A stretch of DNA of 53,003 nucleotides from Nemertoderma westbladi. Its lineage: Eukaryota > Animalia > Xenacoelomorpha. Below the pieces are notes generated by a model, which had not been told where the DNA came from, searched no databases, and worked only from the letters and a program-made list of their open reading frames with translations. Positions 13,632 to 22,300 of this stretch are shown piece after piece. A program made the translations under genes and the position numbers. The DNA lies in contig JAUCBJ010007360.1 in NCBI GenBank assembly GCA_032718475.1, positions 1 to 53,003 of the forward strand, in the 5' to 3' direction. Each line of letters begins with the position of its first letter. Positions within the stretch are counted from its first letter, which is position 1.

Positions 13632-13753
13632 TCATATCAGCTCATATCAGTTGCCCCCAGCTCATATCAGTTGTCCCCAGCTCTTATCAGTTGTCCCCAG
13701 CTCCTATCAGTTGTCCCCAGCTCCTATCAGTTGTCCCAGCTCATATCTGTTGT
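13632..13753. repeat. 20-bp minisatellite (cagctcatatcagttgtccc), left part; the array continues at 28016-28070
   Basis: Tandem units stop at the LTR boundary and resume after the other LTR. Confidence 0.9.
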
Positions 13754-14290
13754 TGTGACGGGATCCAGGAGGGATCCCGATTTATCCGGTGTGGTATTTA
13801 GTCCACGCGTCCCCGCCGTGTGTAAGAGTGAAACAAAGATAACTGAGTTCTGAAGTTCGGTGTATAATAAGAGGTTATAAGATATAGATATATTGTGAAT
13901 GTGTACAAGGCGGGATACGGTAACTAAAGTCCCGTGATCCCCTAACTAAACTAATTGGCTGTACCCTACGCTAGCACTGCTGCACTGAGATAACTGAATC
14001 ACTGATTAATAGGTTATTGGTTATATTGCACGGTGGCCTTACTGCTACTCAATCGATGCCATTCCCCCCTCTGATTGGTTAATACCCTTGTTGGCGCCCC
14101 GTGGAGTATTCCCGTTCACTCCACCTGTTCTCTCTGGGTTAGGGGTTTGGCCCCTGACCCTCTATTGTGTGCTTCCTTCCCACTCTTATTGGGATGGCAC
14201 GAGTTGGTTAATTGCCCAATCTCCTGGCTCCCAATATTGCTTATTGGCTAATAACTTTATGGGGTGTTGGCGGGATTGAATAAGCTAACA
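13754..14290 (-). repeat. 3' LTR (537 bp)
   Basis: Matches 27498-28015 except for a 19-bp indel and one substitution that I could see. Confidence 0.97.
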
Positions 14291-14300
14291 CTCCCCCCCA
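14291..14300 (-). promoter_or_regulatory. Polypurine tract, preceded by an 11-bp-stem hairpin (14300-14328)
   Basis: Minus strand reads a G-run then AG immediately before TGTTAGC of the 3' LTR; stem atgctatcttc / gaagatagcat. Confidence 0.85.
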
Positions 14301-15000
14301 TGCTATCTTCCCGGTAAGAAGATAGCATCAACCAAAAAAGTGCGCTACAATCCCGCTGGATCCCGATCTAGTATCGGGTGTGGGGTGGAATTCTTTTCTC
14401 TCGGAGTCGGCTTTCCAGGCCGCCCCCTATGGGTATGATATCGCTACCCTGTGTGCCTGGCGTCTCATGTCGGGCCGGTCGCGCTCACCTCCCACGCAAC
14501 TTTTGTTTCCCCAACATTTTCGCCCTATCTCACCTTCACTCTCACCCTAACTCTCTCATACCCCCGGACCTCCTCGTCCCTTACTCAGCCTCTTATTCTC
14601 CCCCCCCCCACACTAGAATTGCGTTCGCACTCTCTCCGCACTTCACACTCTTATTCCGATTCTCAACTCCACTTTGACTGTTTTATCTCTCCTGACGAAC
14701 CTCCCCCCCCCCTCTCGTGCCGCCGCACTCAAGAAGTGTGGAATTGTCAGTTGTCTCGTCCATAGTGCCATAGTCAATTGTCCCCCAGTCCCAGTAGCTA
14801 ATTGAGAAAGGTTGCATGACTATAGTACTTACTCCAAACGTATGTATTTTACTGCTAATCACTACGTATGTACATACGAATTGCACTTATATAGTTATTT
14901 GCATTAATTAAATTTATACTTAATAGTTCGTACGTCACATGCGGCGCCTTCCAGGCGCACCACGTCCCAGTCTCAGTCTCATTCCCTCGCCTCCGGGAAC

Positions 15001-15252
15001 TTATCTGTACCTCCTCACGTCCTCCTCCCTGGCCCGTTTCTTGGTTATCACCGCTCCTCTGGCATCATCCGCTTTCTGCTTCCGGACCTTTGCCGCTACT
15101 TCCTTGCTGATCCCGGTCGTCGGCTCCTTGGGCGCTGGTGTTATTAAAGCCCGATACCGCTTCGCCGGTGGCCCCTCAGAATGGCCTGGTTGTTTCCCTC
15201 GTGTGGCGTCCCATAGGATCATTTTCATTGCCTTTGGTACGTGTTCCGCCAA
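15001..15252 (-). CDS. Basic, NLS-like small ORF; possibly the frameshifted C-terminus of the exonuclease ORF
   Basis: Frame is open upstream and overlaps the end of 15260-17554 (PPENRREFRDFLAEHVPK...PPAKRYR...KKRAREE); similar composition. Confidence 0.4.
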   Translation of the reverse strand: MAEHVPKAMKMILWDATRGKQPGHSEGPPAKRYRALITPAPKEPTTGISKEVAAKVRKQKADDARGAVITKKRAREEDVRRYR

Positions 15253-15259
15253 GAAATCC

Positions 15260-17554
15260 CTAAACTCCCTCCGGTTCTCTGGTGGTCCACCTGTCCAGGT
15301 ACCGTTGCGTGTTCATAACTCCGGTGAACGATGCCGCCGTAGCTACCTCTTGATAGGTAAACGGTAACCTTCGCTTTATGATTTCCATGTGGGTCTCCTG
15401 GTTTATGAGGAAGAAACCCCACTTGAACTCTTGGGCCTTCATGCGCTGGCGCGTCATGGCCCCGACGTCGGCCCACTCCTCGAACCTCGTGAACTTCTCC
15501 TCGTCGCTCATCCAGTCGCACTCGCGCCCGTAGTGTCCCCGAAAGTGGCACTTTGGACATCGGTTGTGCAACCGTGGACACGCCCCCATCCTGTGACTTG
15601 GTTCTCTACAATAGAGACAAAAGGTTCCCCGTTGGAACCGGTATAGGCAGCTGCTTTCCTGATGGGTCTGTCTCCCACAGTAGTCGCAGCCGAGTACCAA
15701 TGTCTCGCGTCCCACCTCGTCCTTCGTCCCAAGCGATCTCCGCGGTCTATGGAGTCGCTGGTAGGCAAACTTCTCCACGTTGCTCTCCCTGTTTACGTCG
15801 ATCTCTCCGCCCCTCTCGGGCATCGTCTCCCCGAATACTATCCGTGGTGCCGTCCCCGGTTGCTCGCCCAACCTGATGGTGCTCCCCGCGAAATCCATCG
15901 CCGGCCCCTCGTGCACCCAGGTCCGCTTGCCGGATCTGTTCCAGAAGGCCCTCGCCCCACTGGCCGTCACCACCCTTCCGCCAACCCAGTCCATGTCTGA
16001 GTGGCCTATCCTTTCGATGGGCGGTATCTCTCCGAACTCGTCGTCGTCGTCCTCCTCTTCTGGTAGTGTCTCCAATCCCGGTATCCCGGTGGATCCACTA
16101 TGTCCCTTCCCGCCTTGGCTCTTGCCCGTAGCTCTCCATCCCTCTAGCTCCCTTAACTTCCTTGGCGGTTGGTCGCCCTCGGCGCCCGCTGGTATGGGCA
16201 TCGCGTGCAACCCCGACGTCGACTGTTTCGGCGATCCCACCGTCCATCCCAATTCTCGCCCTAGAGACTCCCCCGAACTCCCCGACGAAGTCCAATGAAG
16301 TTCGTCTAGGCCCGCCTGATCCTCGAAGCCGTAACTCTGTGCCCTGGCCTCCTCTTCCCTCTCCTCTGCTTCTATCCTCTCCCGTCTAGCGACTTCTTCC
16401 AGTCGCTTTGCTTCCCGTCTATCCATCTCCAGCTGCTCCCATCTCTGATACGGTGTATCTGTCTCCCCATCTACCAGATGTCGGCTGTTGTAGTACACCG
16501 ACTCGCCCTTCAGCCCCGGGTGGTCTACCAGTTCTACCAGGTCGTCAAAGGCCGTCTTAAAGGCTCTCCTGTAGCTTAGGGGTGATCCCGATAACAGAAA
16601 TGCCCCTGGTTCCCTTTCGATAACTACGGTCATGAATAAGTTAAGTAAACTTATCATCATCCAGTCCTCCTGCAGGATATATCGCTTCTGATATACCTTT
16701 ATCGCTCCTCTGCGAAACTGATATACCTCCTGCTTTCCCGGTCTCGCTCCCCACTTCAGCGAGTTCGCTAGTTCTGCTCCGTATTCTTCCCTAAACTTCC
16801 CCCAATCCATTGGTTTGTGGCATACGAGCCCCAATAATTGGCCCATCGCCACCGCCCCGCATTGGCCTGAGTTCTCGACCACCCCCAATCCATCCGGTGC
16901 CGTCATAGCCATAAAGACTTTCTGCATATCCAGGAGGTTGGTGGCGTCCGGACCGATGATCCTCTCCGCGTCCTCGCGAATCGCCGATCCCACTTTCGTC
17001 GTCGACTTCTCTCTTACTAAGACCTGTACCGCTTTCGGCAGTCGGTCTAATTTCGGCCCGTCCTTCTTCCCATACGTCCCTAGGTCGAACAAGAAGATGT
17101 CCCCATTTGGCGCTGCCAAGTGCAAGAGTATGGTCCTGGCCGACCCTGCCGTTCCTCGTCTCGAACCCGCTTCGTCTTCCACGGTTCCCTCGTCATCTAG
17201 GATCATATATCCTCCTCTGTTGACGGACTCTATGAATCTTTTCCAGTCCTTCCTCGGCGATTCCCTCGGATACTTCGGAATCCCGAACTTCGCCTCGTCT
17301 CCTTTCACCACGTAGTGGAAGTGTTGGAAGATCGCGTTGTCCAGCGACGGCGTCCCGTAGGTCCCGACCAACCGCTGTTCGTGCGCCTCCCGGAAGTGAT
17401 CCTGCAGCGCTCGTGCCGCGTGACCCCTTTCCAACCTCTCGTAGTATCCTCTCGTCTTCTCCTCCGGGTGTCTTTCGGTGAAATCCACCAATATTTCTTT
17501 TCCTCCTGACTCCGCCTTTCTCTTCCTGATCAGCTTACTCGCCATTCCGAACAC
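15260..17554 (-). CDS. Accessory ORF: DEDDy 3'-5' exonuclease-like domain (WRN/EXD/mut-7/RNase D family) plus three CCHC zinc knuckles
   Basis: 764 aa, first ATG at 17545; ExoI-like MILDDEG, then LLHLA..GDIFLFDL, LPKAVQVLV..KVGSAIREDAERI (ExoII), NLLDMQ and QKRYILQED (ExoIII-like); knuckles CDYCGRQTHQESSC, CLYCREPSHRMGAC, CPKCHFRGHYGREC. Confidence 0.75.
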   Translation of the reverse strand: MFGMASKLIRKRKAESGGKEILVDFTERHPEEKTRGYYERLERGHAARALQDHFREAHEQRLVGTYGTPSLDNAIFQHFHYVVKGDEAKFGIPKYPRESPRKDWKRFIESVNRGGYMILDDEGTVEDEAGSRRGTAGSARTILLHLAAPNGDIFLFDLGTYGKKDGPKLDRLPKAVQVLVREKSTTKVGSAIREDAERIIGPDATNLLDMQKVFMAMTAPDGLGVVENSGQCGAVAMGQLLGLVCHKPMDWGKFREEYGAELANSLKWGARPGKQEVYQFRRGAIKVYQKRYILQEDWMMISLLNLFMTVVIEREPGAFLLSGSPLSYRRAFKTAFDDLVELVDHPGLKGESVYYNSRHLVDGETDTPYQRWEQLEMDRREAKRLEEVARRERIEAEEREEEARAQSYGFEDQAGLDELHWTSSGSSGESLGRELGWTVGSPKQSTSGLHAMPIPAGAEGDQPPRKLRELEGWRATGKSQGGKGHSGSTGIPGLETLPEEEDDDDEFGEIPPIERIGHSDMDWVGGRVVTASGARAFWNRSGKRTWVHEGPAMDFAGSTIRLGEQPGTAPRIVFGETMPERGGEIDVNRESNVEKFAYQRLHRPRRSLGTKDEVGRETLVLGCDYCGRQTHQESSCLYRFQRGTFCLYCREPSHRMGACPRLHNRCPKCHFRGHYGRECDWMSDEEKFTRFEEWADVGAMTRQRMKAQEFKWGFFLINQETHMEIIKRRLPFTYQEVATAASFTGVMNTQRYLDRWTTREPEGV

Positions 17555-18051
17555 TACACTCGCTCACCTGTAGGGTGGTGCCTTACCAAGGCGCAATACA
17601 GATGAGTGATGTATTAAGATGTTTCGTACAGTTCGATAATGGCCTACTTTTCTACTTAACTGCGCCTTTCAAGCTTAATTTAATCTAATTAATTTCGGAG
17701 CTAGTAAATCAGCCTAATTTACAATTTCCGTCCGTTACTTTTATTATGTTCTAGAACGACTTTCCTTGTGTTACCACTATTTTCCGATTTTTAGCCCTAT
17801 TCTATTTATTTATTTATTTTTGCTTTGATTCTACTGTCCTACTACTTACTACTGCCTATGGATTTATTCTATTCTCTCTCTGATCCATATTCTGGCCTAC
17901 TCAGTGGGCCTATGCAGTACAGCAGTATGCGTCGTGTGGCCACACGATTTATCCAGCTGCACTCATATGCCCCCCTCTCGCTACTAACTCTACTTACTGC
18001 TAACTAATATCTATATCCTATTTTTACCCCTTTTACCTCTCACTCTCTCTC

Positions 18052-18727
18052 TCTAACTAATGGTACTACGTACCCTCTAACTCTAACTCTTAGGCATTAC
18101 GTACCCTCTAACTCTAACTCTAACTAGGTACCACGTACCTACTAACTCTAACTCTATCGGTACTACCTACCCTCTAACTCTAACTCTAACTAGGTACCAC
18201 GTACCTACTAACTCTAACTCTATCGGTACTACCTACCCTCTAACTCTAACTCTAACTAGGCATTACGTACCCTCTAACTCTAACTAGGTACTACGTACCT
18301 ACTAACTAACTAACTCTAGGTACTACGTACCTACTAACTAACTTTAGGTACTACGTACCTACTGACTAACTAACTCTAGGTACTACGTACCTACTAACTA
18401 ACTAACTTTAGGTACTACGTACCTACTGACTAACTAACTCTAGGTACTACGTACCTACTAACTAACTAACTTTAGGTACTACGTACCTACTGACTAACTA
18501 ACTCTAGGTACTACGTACCTACTAACTAACTAACTTTAGGTACTACGTACCTACTGACTAACTAACTCTAGGTACTACGTACCTACTAACTAACTAACTT
18601 TAGGTACTACGTACCTACTGACTAACTAACTCTAGGTACTACGTACCTACTAACTAACTAACTTTAGGTACTACGTACCTACTGACTAACTAACTCTAGG
18701 TACTACGTACCTACTAACTAACTAACT
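18052..18727. repeat. Internal tandem array of ~20 hairpin-containing ~32-bp units
   Basis: Core taggtac-tac-gtaccta separated by (ctaa)n linkers; alternating 64-bp dimer in the right half. Confidence 0.95.
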
Positions 18728-18837
18728 TTTATTTTTATTTTTTATTTTATTTTATTTGTGTGGGAAGGGCGTCTCGCCCTCAATCCCACCCCCCTCAGTC
18801 CAAAACTTGGACGACTAAACTTCACTCTAACTCCGTT

Positions 18838-19314
18838 CTAAGGTGCTCCTTCTAAGAGACAGCATTTACCTACCGCTCTCCTGTAGGTTTTTCTGTCCTT
18901 CGCACCTATCTTTCCACCTATCCGCACTTCCACCGATCGGACTCTTCCGTCCTCGTCGGAGTAGGTGCCTACAACTCTCGCCAACCGCCATTGGTTGTTG
19001 ATGATAGTATCATCCGTGACGATTACGAGATCTCCCTCTCTCAACTCCCTGTTTGGCTTCCTCCACTTGCTTCGCTTATGGAGTGTGGGTAGGTATTCTT
19101 CTACCCACCTCCTCCAATACTCTGCGCTAATCGCTTTAGCTACTTTCCAACTTTGGCGGGAGTGTATATCATCTGGGTCTACACCCCGCATATCTATGGT
19201 TGCTGGCCTTTCCATCAGGAAATGGCTAGGCGTCAACACGTCTAATGACTCAGGGTCATCATTCTCCGGGTATAGCGGTCTGCTATCTATTAATGATCCC
19301 CTCGCACTTCGCAA
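18838..19314 (-). CDS. BEL/Pao integrase C-terminal part (DUF5641-like), frameshifted from pol
   Basis: SRPL...LTPSHFL...YWRRWVEEYLPTLHKRSKW...GDLVIV...WRLARV...DGRVRSVEVR; break caused by a duplicated 4-mer at 19283-19290. Confidence 0.9.
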   Translation of the reverse strand: MRSARGSLIDSRPLYPENDDPESLDVLTPSHFLMERPATIDMRGVDPDDIHSRQSWKVAKAISAEYWRRWVEEYLPTLHKRSKWRKPNRELREGDLVIVTDDTIINNQWRLARVVGTYSDEDGRVRSVEVRIGGKIGAKDRKTYRRAVGKCCLLEGAP

Positions 19315-22300
19315 GTACTGTCCGTAAGACGTCTTCAGTGACCATGTGGGTGTTCATCAGCTTCGTCATTAGACGTTTTGAACTGCCCACGAGTCTCTCG
19401 ACGCATCCTAACGTATGTGATGCATACGGCGTCCTTCTCTCCCACTTCACTTGTCGTCTTCTCATGGCCGCTCTGACTTCTTCTCCCTCCAAGATGTCTA
19501 AGGCCTCTGCCATCTCACTCTCTGCGCCCACAAAATTGGTGCCGTTGTCGCTATATATCACCGCGATCGTCCCACCTTTGCGGTCCCTAAACCTTTCTAA
19601 GGCGTTAATGAATGCTGATGCGGTTGCATCTTGGGCGAGTTCTATCCCTACCGCCCGCGTATTGTTGCATACGAAGATAATACCGTAGCGTTTCTCCGTG
19701 TGTCGCATCACCTTGATCTTTATCGGCCCGAACATGTCCACACCGCAATGCGTAAATGGCGGGTCGTGCTGTCTTACCCTACTCGCCGGTAGTGGCGCCA
19801 TCTCCTGTACGGCTCGCTCCTTCTTCGCTCGTCGGCAGGTCTGGCACTGTCCCACTACCGCTTTCACCTTCTTCCTTAGTTGTTTGACCCAATAGGTCCT
19901 CCTTATCTCTGTGAGGGTTCGGTTGGTGCCCCCATGCAGTATTGATTTGTGGGAGTCCCATATGATCTGGTGGACTATAGGCGATCCTGTGGGAATGATG
20001 ATGGGTTTCGGTGGCACGACTATACTGTTGTTATATCCCACCCTAGAATTCATCACTAGAATCCCTTCCTCGTTGAGTTGTGGCGACAGCGTGATCAACT
20101 CGCTATCCCGTCGGAGGTGTTGGTGGTTACCGACGCGTTCCACCTCGTCGCCGTAGTTCTTGCGTTGCTCATAGCGGATCACTGCCTTGGCCGCTCCTTC
20201 CAGATCTATGGTTGTCCTGGTCTTCTTGTCCTTGCTGACTCCCGCAAGGAAATTCCCAAAGGCTCTCCAGTACGCCACTAGTTTCTTGGTCTTATACCAA
20301 CTAGAACTGTAGCTGAGGAGTTTATCCGTCGGGTTATCGCACAGTTCCCTTCCTGGTTGCACGTCCCTGATCTCCCTCACCATCTGGGAGTATATCTCTT
20401 CTCCCTCTGAATCTCCCTCTTCTCCTTCTGATACTACTTCCGAGCCCGGGTCCACCTTCCTCATCGGCGGCCAGGCCTCTCTATCGCTCAGAAATTGTGG
20501 CCCATGTTGCCACAATACTTCCTTCTTCAGGAAAGTGTGGCATTCCACGCCCCTCGACAGCAAGTCCGCTGGGTTCTCATCTGTTGGGCAGTAGTGCCAC
20601 CTTTCCAGTTCTGTGCTCGCCCTTATTTCGTCCACTCTATTCGCGACGAATATCGGGTATCTCGTCTTTTCGTTGTGTAGCCAACCAAGCACTACCATGG
20701 AGTCCGTCCAGTAGTGTGTCTCCACTATGTTGGGAATTGTATCCACTAGGTAGGCTGTGGCTCTAACTCCTAGTCTCGCGGCTGTCAATTCTAACTTGGG
20801 AACAGATGCTGAATCTGGCGGCGTTGACTTAGCTTTGCTAAAGGCTAGTCTGGGCTTGTGAGGCCCCTCTCGTTGTACTAAATAGAGTGCCGCTCCGTAT
20901 GCCTCTAGGGACGCGTTGGAGAACATATGTAGGTCCAGATTCGTCATGTTCCCGTCCGGGAAATACACTCGCGGCATGTTGTATGTTCCCATCCTCTCCA
21001 AGTCTCCTGTCCATTTGCTCCACTGTTTCCTGATGTCTTCTGGTACCTCTACGTCCCACTCATCCTTCAACTTATATACTCTCTTGAGTATCTGTTTCCC
21101 CGTGACTAGTAATGGGGATGCTAGGCCTAAGGGATCGTATATCCTTGCTATATACAATACGTAACCCCTCTTCGTATGGGTGTCTGCGCCCTCCTGGCTC
21201 AGCTGATACTTCAGTTTGTCTGTTTTCCTATCCCACACGATTCCCAACGCCTTCTGCTGGGATTCCGTTCTCTTAATCGCCATGTCCTGTCCTTTGGCTG
21301 TTGTAGGGTTGTCCATGGTCGATTCTGGTTTCTTGTCTTCTATTTCCCTGATAAATTCTTCTGAACTGGATTGGAATTTGGTCAGGTTGAAGCCGGATCC
21401 TTTCAGGATGTCGCGAACCTCGCGCCCTGTTTTCAGTATCTCCTCAACCGTATTTCCAGACTCCATGCCGTCGTCTACGTAGAAACCGCGTCTGATCATA
21501 TCGACGGCGCTACTGCTATATCTATCTTCCTTGCCCTTTACCAGGTCTCTCACTGCCATAGTCGTCGTAAATGAGGACGACTTGGCCCCCATATTTTGTA
21601 CTACCATCTTATACGCTGGTATTACCGGCGGTTCTTCTTCGCCGTTATACCATAAGAAGCGTTGACTGTCACTATCTTCTTCTGTTACTCGGACTTGGTT
21701 GAACATGCCTTCTATGTCACACGTGAAGGCGTGTTTCCCATTCCTAAATCTAAGTAGTACTTCTATGCCCGAATTGTATATGTTTGGGCCCTCTAGTAGG
21801 TAATCGTTTAAGCACTTTCCGTCGGTCTTTGCCGATGCATCGACTACCATCCTAAGTTTACCTTTCTTTGGGTCTAAAGCTACGTGGAGTGGCAGGTAGT
21901 ATGTCCTGTCCGTGTTCGGTTCGTCGACCGGTAACTCCACGGCCCATCCTTTCTCGACGTACTTCTTAATCGTTTTGTGAATATACTCGTTCTTCTCGGG
22001 GCTCCGTTGCAGTGTTTGTTTCAGCTTGCGGAGTCTCGTGAGTACCATCCCTCTATTATCGGGTAGCGGTATCTTCGGTAGTTTCCATACCATTCCTATT
22101 GTATACCGCCCCTCATCACACGTCATCGATTCCTCCACACTTTGTAGAGCCTGCTTGTCTTCTACCGAGGTCCCGACCCCGGTCTCTTTCAGTCCCTCGA
22201 AGTCTTGTCTGAGCAGTCTTTTAAGCTGCTCCTCTGCTCCCTCGTCACCCATTTCCTGCATTGTTCCCGCGAACATGCATCCTGATGTCTCCGACATCCT

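Noticed and set aside
14094-14110. tggcgcccc as a tRNA-Lys-like PBS
   Set aside because: It lies inside the LTR, on the strand opposite the genes, and the match is short
15260-17554. Envelope gene
   Set aside because: No signal peptide, Cys-rich ectodomain or clear C-terminal transmembrane segment; nuclease and zinc-knuckle motifs instead
18052-18727. CRISPR array
   Set aside because: Palindromic repeats but no unique spacers, no cas genes, and a eukaryotic retroelement context
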